Assembly: GCA_002269645.1 (NCBI GenBank)
Contig: NIVC01000568.1
Location: 372,001 to 436,000 of the forward strand
DNA: 64,000 nucleotides
Reading direction: 5' to 3'
DNA from: Macrostomum lignano
Taxonomy: Eukaryota
In this document: positions 50,601-62,496 of the stretch, piece by piece
Layout: each line of letters begins with the position of its first letter
How positions within the stretch are numbered: the first letter of the stretch is position 1
The notes under the pieces: generated by a model
Database searches by the model: none
What the model saw: the letters and a program-made list of their open reading frames with translations, nothing else
What the model was told of the DNA's origin: nothing
Program-made: the position numbers and the translations under genes

Positions 50601-50653
50601 CCATGACCCTCAGAGGTAATCTATACCCTCCCTCGACATCCCCGGCCTCCCAG

Positions 50654-51173
50654 ATGCTCCGCAGGCCAGCAGCCGCCTCACGCTTCGCTGCGAGTCCGTC
50701 CGCATCAGCAGCAGCATCCGGAGGACTCCTCTTTAGACATTGACGACAATGGCGACGTGTCGCCGGACTCCGGTCACAAGGAGATGAGCTCCGACAGTCT
50801 GTCGCAGGTGCTCAGCCTGACGCTGGAATCGGCAACCTGCCAGCAGCCGCAGCAGCAGCGAGCGGCCGCGTTGACCTCGGTGCAGCAGCGCCGGACTGTG
50901 CAGACGCCGGCGAGCCTCGACTGTCGGCGGCCGCATAGCTGGAGGTCGACGAGTGGGACAGTCGTCTCTGCGTCCGCCTCTACCTCGGCCTCGGCTGCAA
51001 CTGCTGCTGCTGCTGCTGCGGCATCGTCGGCGGCGGCAATTTCCGGTCCGGCGGCGGCCTGCTGGTCGGAGCAGTTCGCCGGTGGCGACGAGCCCGTCGG
51101 AGGAGCGTCGGCGGTCGCTGCGGCGCACTTGAACCACTCGTTCGAGTGGAACGGCGAGATTGCCGCTGACTGA
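50654..51173 (+). CDS. NOS1AP: NOS1AP/CAPON exon 2
   Basis: Acceptor GGCCTCCCAG| gives the correct phase 2; frame contains SPDSGHKEMSS and ends NGEIAAD*; ~512 aa in total. Confidence 0.75.
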
Positions 51174-51361
51174 GTGAGCCGCCTACTGAAGAAGCCGTGC
51201 GTAAATATCGCAGCCAGAATCTTCACATTCGTCATCAGAGAAACCCCCTTAAGTGTCGCAAAAGTTCATAAAAAGTCATTTCGATTTCGTCCAATTGTAA
51301 ACGGAAAAAGTGACATTTTACTTCATTTGAAGTCGGTTCCAGTCTTAAGTATAATGCTGCT

Positions 51362-51585
51362 TAGTTGCTGAGCAGTTGCTGAGCAGTTGCTGAGCAGTTT
51401 CTGAGCAGTTGCTGAGCAGTTGCTGAGCAGTTGCTGAGCAGTTGCTGAGCAGTTGCTGAGCAGTTGCTGAGCAGTTTCTGAGCAGTTGCTGAGCAGTTGC
51501 TGAGCAGTTGCTGAGCAGTTTCTGAGCAGTTGCTGAGCAGTTGCTGAGCAGTTGCTGAGCAGTTTCTGAGCAGTTTCTGAGCAGT
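51362..51585. repeat. 11-bp minisatellite
   Basis: Unit AGCAGTTGCTG, ~20 copies, with an internal AGCA/TGCT inverted repeat. Confidence 0.97.
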
Positions 51586-52306
51586 TTAATGCAACTCTAT
51601 CAAGCTAATGTACTAACTCAAAAGCCAAGTGTTCAAAAGGCCAATTCACGTTGAAAAAGGTCTGAACCAACTGTGCATTGATTTGAGCAATCTTGGAACC
51701 GCAGAGCTGGAGGGGGTATGTAAACCGGCCTTTAGCCTAGAAACCCGTTCGTGGAGTTCTGAAAGTAGCATCTGAAATGGAAATTCCTTCATTTAACTCG
51801 AAAAATGATAAAAATTTTGAATCCCTAGAAATTGTGGAAGTTCTTATTGCACACATGGAGATATTTTAGTCGCACAAAGAGTTACCACTTGTATTCTTTG
51901 CATAATCGGCTTGGTTTTTTTAACACCGATTAAATATGAGCTGAGTACTTGAGTAGAGATTTTCTCTGATTTTTTTGTTATATATTATCAATCATTTGCT
52001 TTTGTGCTTGATCTGTTTCGCTGTGTGTGTACTATACTGCAGACTGTATCAACTACTCACTGTGCACAGACCCCGCATTCATTCACGATTATTTCTCTGA
52101 ATTGTGAACTACAGTCACTTCACCGTTTGCATGTTGTCTTAGCCTGGTAGCTGTATGTGTTGTGCCGGCAAAATAAATTGGACTTTTACTTTTTTGAGCG
52201 AGTTTTGAGTCGCTTTTGGATCATGCACGCTACTAAATGTTAGTTCTAAACAATATTTACTTTTTTAGAGTTTAAAACACTTGGAAACTATAGTGTACAC
52301 CGAAAA

Positions 52307-52700
52307 CCAAGCAGCACCCACCCCAAACCAAGCAGCACCCACCCCAAACCAAGCAGCACCCACCCCAAACCAAGCAGCACCCACCCCAAACCAAGCAGCA
52401 CCCACCCCAAACCAAGCAGCACCCACCCCAAACCAAGCACCCACCCCAAACCAAGTACCCACCCCAAACCAAGCAGCACCCACCCCAAACCAAGCAGCAC
52501 CCACCCCAAACCAAGTACCCACCCCAAACCAAGCAGCACCCACCCCAAACCAAGCACCCACCCCAAACCAAGTACCCACCCAAACCAAGCACCCACCCCA
52601 AACCAAGCACCCAGCCCAAATCAAGCAGCACCCACCCCAAACCAAGCAGCACCCACCCCAAACCAAGCAGCACCCACCCCAAACCAAGCAGCACCCAGCC
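52307..52700. repeat. 21-bp (18-bp variant) C/A-rich minisatellite
   Basis: Unit AACCAAGCAGCACCCACCCCA; source of the PTPNQAA pseudo-ORF. Confidence 0.96.
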
Positions 52701-53439
52701 TAAACCAGGTGGCACTTACTCCGAGCCGTTATAAATCGATTTATAACATCCTATACACGGAATTGACACCGAAAACCTGGATAGATTTCTAATTAGGTAC
52801 ATGTGCAATCAACATCGCGGTAGATTAGATATTCATTCACCTCGTGCACCAGCGGGGTCAATTAAGAAGTGCAAAAAAGATCCGGGCCTCAGCTGAGTCC
52901 TGTCAGCCACCTCCCCCCAAGCCTAATTATCGCCTTGTCCCAATTCGCACTCTGCTCAGTTAAATTAGCAGTCGCACATGGCAGGGTGAAGAGCTGCGAG
53001 CGCTCGGGAATTCAAGTGGCCCCGAACGAGCGGACGAGGCAAGCTGAAGGACGCAGGAGAGAAAGAGGAGAGGGAACAGGCCGCGTGGAAAATGAGGGAA
53101 TTCTCGTCACTCCCTTGTGCCTTCCCCCAATCTTCCCTGTTTTATCTGTCCCCAGAGTCCCTTTGGGATTTTTGCGGAAGTCGATTTCTTTGTAGCAAAC
53201 CTCCGCCCTAAAGAGCCCTGCCACGCGTGGCTCACAACAGCCCGGCCAAGCCTGTCAAAGCGATTAATGAAATAAGTGGAGTGTCGCTGATTAGATGAAG
53301 CAGAGTCTGTGCGCACCTGCTCCCGGTGCGAGCGGACGCCCTTCCTGAAACTCCGCAACCACTTTCCTCTGACTAGGCCTATAAAACTTTCCTCTCAGTC
53401 CTCTCTTCCCGTTCCCTCTCCCTCTCCCTTACCCTCTTT

Positions 53440-54322
53440 ATTCCCTACTTCTCTCCATTACCCTCTTCATTCCCTACTTCTCTCCATTACCCTCTTCATT
53501 CCCTACTTCTCTTCATTACCCTCTTCATTCCCTACTTCTCTCCATTACCCTCTTCATTCCCTACTTCTCTTCATTACCCTCTTCATTCCCTACTTCTCTC
53601 CATTACCCTCTTCATTCCCTACTTCTCTTCATTACCCTCTTCATTCCCTACTTCTCTCCATTACCCTCTTCATTCCCTACTTCTCTTCATTACCCTCTTC
53701 ATTCCCTACTCCTCTTCATTACCCTCTTCATTCCCTACTTCTCTCCATTACCCTCTTCATTCCCTACTTCTCTTCATTACCCTCTTCATTCCCTACTTCT
53801 CTCCATTACCCTCTTCATTCCCTACTTCTCTTCATTACCCTCTTCATTCCCTACTCCTCTTCATTACCCTCTTCATTCCCTACTCCTCTCCATTACCCTC
53901 TTCATTCCCTACTCCTCTTCATTACCCTCTTCATTCCCTACTCCTCTTCATTACCCTCTTCATTTCCTACTCCTCTCCATTACCCTCTTCATTCCCTACT
54001 CCTCTCCATTACCCTCTTCATTCCCTACTCCTCTCCATTACCCTCTTCATTCCCTACTCCTCTCCATTACCCTCTTCATTTCCTACTCCTCTCCATTACC
54101 CTCTTCATTCCCTACTCCTCTCCATTACCCTCTTCATTCCCTACTCCTCTCCATTACCCTCTTCATTCCCTACTCCTCTCCATTACCCTCTTCATTTCCT
54201 ACTCCTCTCCATTACCCTCTTCATTTCCTACTCCTCTCCATTACCTTCTTCATTCCCTACTCCTCTCCATTACCCTCTTCATTTCCTACTCCTCTCCATT
54301 ACCCTCTTCATTCCCTACTCCT
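53440..54322. repeat. 29-bp pyrimidine-rich minisatellite
   Basis: Unit CCCTCTTCATTCCCTACTTCTCTCCATTA. Confidence 0.97.
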
Positions 54323-54864
54323 CATGTAATCAACTCAGCTTTCATTCCGTTCGTGCGTTGCTCCTAAAAAGCAGAACAGAGATGAAGAGTAAACAGCCCA
54401 ATTTCATCCTTCACTCGTCCATGTCAAGCGGCAAGGGTTAGGGAGCGATTAATGCTGGCCAAGCTCATGTCAAGCAGGCCAACCCCAAAGCTCCATTAGG
54501 CAGCCAACTAAGGGACAATGGCTACCCAACAGACTGTGTTCCTGCGGTATGGCCCTGTGGAGAATTGAACAAGCAATGAAAAGGAGAATTTTGACTGGCA
54601 GTGACTACTGCGTGGTCAGTTGCTTGGCTGCAGATTGTGCTCACATATCAGTCGCATTGGTAGAATTCTTCACCTTCAATACTGAAAAATGGACATTGGA
54701 CAGCTAAAGTTAAATTGTATTAGTGAGATAGGGAGTTATCAGTTGTCTTAGCTCTCAACCAAGGCCACAGAACAGAACAGTTTTGAATACATTCGTTCAA
54801 TTCGGGAATTTGGAAGCACGGAAAGTAAAAATATTGTCAATAAAGTTCTCCTGTGTAGGGATAA

Positions 54865-55428
54865 GTGCGCGGCAATGACTGGAGTACTCACAGGTGTGCG
54901 GCAATGACTGGAGTACTCACAGGTGTGCGGCAATGACTGGAGTACTCACAGGTGTGCAGCAATGACTGGAGTACTCACAGGTGTGCGGCAATGACTGGAG
55001 TACTCACAGGTGTGCGGCAATGACTGGAGTACTCACAGGTGTGCAGCAATGACTGGAGTACTCACAGGTGTGCGGCAATGACTGGAGTACTCACAGGTGT
55101 GCAGCAATGACTGGAGCACTCACAGGTGTGCGGCAATGACTGGAGTACTCACAGGTGTGCGGCAATGACTGGAGCACTCACAGGTGTGCGGCAATGACTG
55201 GAGTACTCACAGGTGTGCAGCAATGACTGGAGTACTCACAGGTGTGCGGCAATGACTGGAGTACTCACAGGTGTGCGGCAATGACTGGAGTACTCACAGG
55301 TGTGCGGCAATGACTGGAGTACTCACAGGTGTGCGGCAATGACTGGAGTACTCACAGGTGTGCGGCAATGACTGGAGCACTCACAGGTGTGCGGGAATGA
55401 ATGGAGTACTCACAAGTGTGCGGGAATG
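54865..55428. repeat. 29-bp minisatellite, ~19 copies
   Basis: Unit GCAATGACTGGAGTACTCACAGGTGTGCG. Confidence 0.97.
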
Positions 55429-56195
55429 GTCTAGTCAATCGACAATATCTAGCATCGTTAAAACGCGTTAACAAACTCAGGTCATATTGATTGCGAAATC
55501 AGCTGTTAGTATGTCGAGAGCGGTGAGATTAGAAAGACAGTGGCGCAGGGTGGAGCCATGCGGGCAGTCAGTCAAGCGCATTAAACAAATTGCCTATTGC
55601 TGTCCTTCGTCAGGTCTTCTGTTATTTTTGCATCTAAGAATGGCTTCTGGGAGTGGCATCGGGAGATCTGCTGTGAGCGCTTTTTGTCGACAGAAATGTT
55701 CCTCAAAAATTGGATTGAGCCAGGGCACAGTGAGTGTAAACCTTGTATGACTGAGAAATTAAGGGCATCCGTGGAGGTGACTTGCCTTTTTTGCAATCAG
55801 ATGGTCATCAAGCATGAAATGCTTTAATGCTTTCTCCTAATTTCATCCAAGAAAAATCCTGCTTCCTGATCAGATCCAGCCCTCCTCCTCCGACAAGCCC
55901 GCCCCGCATTCAGTTCCTCAGCCCATTGTGCGGCTACCACACTAAAGAATGAAAATATCAAAACTGTAGTCAACATGAATGAAGTGACATTTTTTGGAGC
56001 AAGCTTTCCCAACTGTCCGGGAGACCAAGTATTGTAGGTGGATGGCAGATAACACGGGCCACTGCCTGAGATCTGCTCCTCGAGGGCAGCGGTGACGGGA
56101 AACTAGGGGGGTAAGTGGGCTTCCAGGATGCGAAGTTACTTAAGCAGACAGTTGCAGCGAGAAGGGATAGGGGAAAGGGATGAGTCACTCGCTTT

Positions 56196-56735
<540 letters not shown>

Positions 56736-57683
56736 ACTCTTGTCACTTTGTGCCTGCGTCACCTTCAATTTCCCTGAGTTCATTGGCCTTTCACTGAGAA
56801 CTTTTTCTCATTGAAGATGAAGCGATAGAATCGATCGAGGCTGTGCGGCAAAGTCAATTATTATCAGATAGCAAAGCTGTTCCTTGAGTCGAGAGATGAA
56901 ACCAGCAGATGAGGCGCGGGGGGGAGGGGTGATTGAGAGACACGGAACCTGCCGCGGCCATCGAACGGAAGACCTTCAGACTCTGTTTGAACAGTGAGAG
57001 GCAGCGGCAGCTTCCCCGTTGTCAGCGAGGGGATCAGCGAGCGAAGGAGGCTGGAAGGGAGATCGATGGTCCCCGCCGTCCCCCTTGGCCTGAGCTGCAA
57101 GATTAATGACGCAGCAAGCAAGTCGGGAGTGGTGGGTTGGTGCTCAGCATCTTGCAAGCTGCATGCATTATTTACAGTGCTCAGGATGCGGTCTCTATAT
57201 CTATAGGAGCTCCTATGCATAAGCGGCACCGCATACATGTCCCCCTCCCTAAGCCGGTGTCTATTATTGAGTTTTTCTCGGCGTGACTTTGAATTCATGA
57301 GAGCTCGCTTGTGTGGAGTGGCAGAAGGCGGACCTGCAGGCAAGAGGCTTTGCGATGTTTTACATGCATTTGGTTAGTTGCAATATGGGGATCTGGCAAC
57401 CCGTGGCCTGTCACCTTCGATGACATCTTGTGAACTCTTACTGTGCTACTAAGTCAGGACCCTGACTTAGGGGGGGGGGCTGTAGCTTAGTGGTCTTGTG
57501 CTCTGGGCTGAGATGCTGCTAAGATGAAGATACGAGAAGAGAGTTGCGGCGTGAGATATCAAGACTTATGGCGTGATTGCTGAAACGCTGTGCCTGCTGG
57601 GGAGACTTGCTGAGATGCCAAAGATCAATTGGAATTTGTTGGTAGGCCAAGCCAAAGGTAGAGATAAAAAAAGAGTTAAGCGG

Positions 57684-57830
57684 GCCAACCCCAAGGCACA
57701 GTGAAGTGTACATGCCTAACGATAAATAAAGTTATGGCCGCTGTACACTTCTGTGTGAGTGCCTGTGCGTATGACTGCGTACGTATCCGCGCGCTTGTGT
57801 GCCTGCTCAGGGGAGTCGGCGGAATGGGCA
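57684..57830 (+). mobile_element. SINE body copy
   Basis: CCAACCCCAAGGCACAGTGAAGTGTACATGCCT...GCTGTACAC...CTCAGGGGAGTCGGCGGAATGGGC, homologous to the other two copies. Confidence 0.55.
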
Positions 57831-58744
57831 GTAATGCCTCTCGCCGGTTGTGTGACAATGGTAGATTGGTTGGTATGTTGCAGAGTTGAATAACTGCTGA
57901 AATACCGAGTGCTTAAAAAAATTATTTGGCCTAACACAGTTATCATTATTTCCCTCTTAGTTGACGCTAATATATGTACTTTTCTAGTGTACTTCTGGAT
58001 GTTTGTTACGCAATAATTTGGTAGTCAATCTGCTAGCAATTAACTGTCCTATACTCTATTCTGTGGACTTTCTTGAACTATAACTTACAAAGGTAGTATA
58101 TACAATACTTGATCGTTAATCCATAGAGGCGGCGACTGCTTACTGGGGATCCGGTAAGAGAGAGAGGATTAACGTTGCAAGCTTTTGTTGAAAGATTAGC
58201 GCTGTCGGATGTTAAAAGGCTCGGTCGGTAATCCCCTGTTTATGTCCTCACTTAGTTGAGTCAGACATTTTTCTAGTTCAGAATTCGCTTTTGGGATGAA
58301 GTTTTGGTGGAATAGTCTGGGAGCAGCAGCGGAGAAAATACGCAGGATGCTTTTATTACAAAATCCCCCTGAACAATCCTTCGGGTGAAACTTTGTCAGT
58401 GGATTAGAGAGATTAGCAAATAATCTACATTTTTAATACACTGTGTCTGTACGTACTAGTACTAGTTAAGCAGTGAAAGCGTACTGGAGTCGCTGGGAGC
58501 TCTAATTTTCAAAGGCAAGCTAAGTTGCCAATGTATTTTATTTTAGTGATAGATGGTTTATAACAAATAACAAGAGTAAGCATCGGTTGAAAAGGCAAAC
58601 CAATGAAAAAGTTACCAATCACCCATGCAACTAGTAAATATCATTTGTTTTGGTCATGGATGAATTCCTTCATCCATGGTTTTGGTTAGAAAAAAAGTAG
58701 TGAGGTTGAGTTGCGATTGGAAGAGAGCCGACGGAGTTTATGGT

Positions 58745-59235
58745 AGAAGTGGCGGGTTGGGGTAGGAAAGGAGGTGGAGGTTTGGGGGGTAGGAAAAGAG
58801 GTGGGGGAGTTTGGGGTAGAAAGGAGGTGGGAGTTTGGAGTAGGAAAGGAGGTGGAGGTTTGGGGGTAGGAAAAGAGGTGGGGGAGTTTGGGGTAGGAAA
58901 GGAGGTGGGGGTTTGGGGGTAGGAAAAGGAGGTGGGGGTTTAGGGGTAGGAAGGGAGGTGGGGTTTGGGGGTAGGAAAGGAGGTGGGGGTTTGGTGGTAG
59001 GAAAAGGAGTTGGGGTTTGGGGTAAGAAAGGAGGTGGGGGTTTGGGGGTAGGAAAAGAGGTGGGTTGGGGTAGAAAGGAGGTGGGGTTTGGGGCAGGAAA
59101 GGAGGGGGTTTGGTGGTAGGAAAAGGAGTTGGGGGTTTGGGGGTAGGAAAGGAGGTGGGGTTGGGGGTAGGAAAGGAGGTGGGGGTTTTGGGATAGGAAA
59201 GGAGGTGGGGTTGGGGGTAGGAAAAGAGGTGGGGC
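58745..59235. repeat. G-rich ~25-27-bp degenerate minisatellite
   Basis: Unit approximately GGGGTAGGAAAGGAGGTGGGGGTTTG; repeated runs of three or more G. Confidence 0.93.
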
Positions 59236-59387
59236 TTCGAGGTGTAGAAAAAGGGATTGCGAATCCTGCGCCAGCATTCTCATTAGGATGCAGGGGAGAA
59301 TTTGAAAAACAATGCACTAAAACAGAGTAGAGAGAATTCCAGTCGAGTCCAGCTCTTATCGAATTTCGGAGTTCAGAAGTTCGGAGT

Positions 59388-59917
59388 TCAGAAGGCGTCC
59401 AGGCCGATGCTGAATGTATCCAAGCGGCCCTCGATCAGGTCGCTGACCCAGCCGAGCTCGGTGATCTCGTCACCTTGACTGGCTGAAAAAATCCGAAGTC
59501 GGCGGCTCCAAGCGATGGGCAAATTCAGCAGTCGCGCCGGGCGTTGAAAACTCAAGCCCGACGGTCCGACCAGCAGCAGCGGCTGGGTGGGTGAGACGCC
59601 AAACAGAATGTCGCAGCTTCCGCTCGCTGCCGGCAGGGCGCCGGGCGGGATGTCGAGCGTCGCCCCAGTCGCCGGGCAGGTCAGCCGACCGCCGTCGGCG
59701 CGGTCGAATTGGCACTGAAGGCATCGGTCGCGCAGCTGCCGCAGGCTCTCCGGCGAAGGCTCGCAGTCTGCAAAGTCGTCGCTGACGCCGTTCTCCATCG
59801 GGCTGGACGGAGACGACGGCAGGCGGCGCTGGCGCAGGCGCAGGCGGGCCTCGGCCTCTTCTTTAAAGTGGGCCGGCGGCAGGTCGAGCCCGATGTTGGG
59901 GAACAGCTGCATCAGGC
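59388..59917 (-). CDS. ZO-1/polychaetoid-like MAGUK, exon 2 (ZU5 domain)
   Basis: Acceptor AAATCCCAAG| in phase 1; GGRLTCPATGATLDIPPGAL...PLLLVGPSGLSFQRP is ZU5; ends SIGLDAF*, compare ZO-1 SVLIDHF*. Confidence 0.8.
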
Positions 59918-60009
59918 CTTGGGATTTGAGTGAATGGGAATTTAGTTATTGAGTTCGCAGGGGGCTTTAGGCGCAGGCCGCAGGTCGAAACGGTAGTCGG
60001 CACGCAGTT

Positions 60010-60192
60010 AGCGAGGCCCATGCCGCTGACCCCTGAAAACGCACACGCACATGGATGCTGTACGCAAGCACAAGCATTTCTCCTTATCAGGCATGTACAC
60101 CCTCTGTTGCTTGAGGGTTGGTAGCGCACGGAATCGAACCCAGGTACTTTGGCGGCAAGAGTCAGACGTGTTACCGCTGAGCTACTCTGATC
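60010..60192 (-). mobile_element. tRNA-derived SINE (head plus body) in the ZO-like intron
   Basis: A box TAGCTCAGCGG (60174-60184) and B box GGTTCGATTCC (60130-60140); no intact cloverleaf; body shared with two other loci. Confidence 0.7.
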
Positions 60193-60294
60193 CTCGCAGG
60201 TGCGCGATGCATTACTATCGGATTCAGTTTGGCCAGTAGTGCACACAGCGTACTATGCGGAAATTAACACATTATCGCTTGCATTGCTACCAAT

Positions 60295-60533
<239 letters not shown>

Positions 60534-60540
60534 GGCTCAC

Positions 60541-62062
60541 CCTGTTCCACTGCGAGAACCTCGTCATCTTGGCCGCCCTCGTTGCAGCAGCCATCGCCAC
60601 CCACTCGCTCGGCCGAGACTGGCATCCAGACTGGCTCCTGACGGCACCGCCGCACAGCGGCCAGGACCCCCGACACCAGGCGCGCCGCGTCGGCCTCCGG
60701 CTGTTGTCGAGCGCCGCCGAGAGACACGATGGCGTTCAGTCGGTCCCGCTGGCGCCACTCACGCCAGCGCTTCTTTCCAGACCCGACGTAAATCACGATT
60801 GGCGGCGGCGTCGGCAGCAGCAGCGCCTCTCCGACCTCCTCAACGTCCTCCTGCGACACCAGGTGAAACTCAGCGTTGGGCAGCGCGGCCCGAGCCTCCA
60901 GGCCCGGCAGAGCCAACGGCGCCAGCGGCCCAAGAAGCAGCAGCGGCGACGGTCCGGCAGCGTCGGCTCTCCCCAGCGCCACCCGGATGTAGGCCGGCGG
61001 GCTGCGGCCCGTCAGCATCGCCAGCTGGTCCGCTCGGGCCGCGCTGGGCACCCGGCCACGGGTGTGTGGCGCCCTCGCGGCCACCGGCGGATGAATTTTC
61101 ACGGCCTCCCAGGCGCCCAGCCGCCCGTCGGCCGTGGTGTTCTCGACTCGCAGGATGTCGCCGGCGTGGACATCCAGGCCGTCGCAGGTGGGCGGCAGGT
61201 CGAACCGGGCGCACACGTGAAACAGATCGCCTGGCGTCTCGCCGGTGTTCAGCCGGGCGAAGCCGATGGGATCGGCGGCCACCGCGGCCTGGACGGTCGG
61301 CCCGCCGGACATCAGCGCCAGCATCGCGGCTTCCTTGGTGGCCGACGGACCGTCAAGCCAAACGCCGCTGGCTTCCAACAGGCGGTCCCCGGTTCGAATC
61401 CCGGCGTTGTAAGCCGGCCGGCCGGGCGTGGCGTCATCTACAAACACACCGGACGCGTTACCGCCGGCCAGTCGCATGCCGAAGCCGCCGTCCGGGTCTG
61501 GCCACAGTTGGACGTTTCTGATGGCTCCTGCCGCGGTACTGTAGCGGGCGAGGTCGATCCGCAGCTCTCGCGCCTCGCTGAGATGCCGCGCCAGCCGCTC
61601 CGTTGAAGCGACTGCCGACGCCGAGACACCGTCGAAGCCGCCAATGCGCACCGGCGGGAGCGTCGATGCTCCGAACGATTTGGCGCGGCGTCGCTGATGA
61701 ACGACGGTGAAAGTCGCCTGCGCCTCAGCGGCCAGCGTCCGTGTGGACGCCGCTGCTGCCCGCGGCTGGCGCCTCTCGATGCTCAACAGGACTGTCGGTG
61801 GCGAGCGGAGCAGCTTTCCTATCAGCAGCTCGTCCGGGCGGCGTCGGCGGCGCTGCTGGTCGATGCGCACCGCCGGGATGCTAACGCCGTTGCAGGCCAG
61901 CACCCGGTCCAGCGGCTGCAGGCGGCCTTCGGCAGGGCCGCCCTCCAGCACGTGGCTCACGACGGCCACTACGCTGGATGAGTCGACTGCGGTTTCGTCT
62001 GGAACTGCGGCCACCTCAAAGCCGTAACCGTAGCCGGGCTGCCGGGTGACCGCGACCTCCAT
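60541..62062 (-). CDS. ZO-1/polychaetoid-like MAGUK, exon 1 (PDZ, PDZ, SH3, degenerate GuK)
   Basis: MEVAVTRQPGYGYGF...VLEGGPAEGRLQPLDRV (PDZ1-like); GFGMRLAGGNASGVFV...GIRTGDRLL (PDZ3-like); GDLFHVCARFD...GDILRV...GAWEA...GRVPS (SH3); donor G|GTGAGC. ATG 62062 follows a polypyrimidine/AG, so an upstream exon or trans-spliced leader is possible. Confidence 0.85.
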
Positions 62063-62496
62063 CTGGCACTGTTCATGGAGGAATGGAAGAATTTGTAAGG
62101 ACAACTGAATCGGGAAAACCGGCTGAGTCCGGTGTCCTCTTGCTCTGCGGTGCCCCGTTTCCTGTCCCTTGGCTAGGGTATTTTGAGCTGGGTAGACTCG
62201 CCCATAGCGAAATTAGCTGCCCAAATTTTTCGCTCCAATTTCTCTTGGGTCATGTCGTTGGTGGGTGGCCTGGGGGCAGTCTTTGCATCTGTCCATCCAC
62301 CTGATTCCGCTGTTGGTCCTCGGTGTCCCCATCAGTAGCTGAGCTCTGAGCTCTGCTAGGGCAAGTCTCCTAAGGCCCAATCCTGGCGACCCGGGCTATA
62401 CGCCCTGGTGGAATCGCCCTAAATGATCCCGCGGTAGAGCCCTTCCCTGGGCTGATCCGAGGCGAGCCTAGGCGACAACAACAAGGACAACTGATG

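Noticed and set aside
53200-53360. Possible decayed CR1/L2 LINE C-terminus (RSHREQV...YFINRF)
   Set aside because: Resemblance to RGH..KL...FF.NR is too weak to support by eye.
56864-57343. 159-aa minus-strand ORF
   Set aside because: No recognisable domain or convincing splice signals; at most a decayed LINE remnant.
62270-62495. Possible ribozyme or LINE UTR between the ZO-like gene and the LINE tail
   Set aside because: I could not assemble a hammerhead (CUGANGA...GAAA) or HDV-like fold; it needs an Infernal/RNAmotif search.
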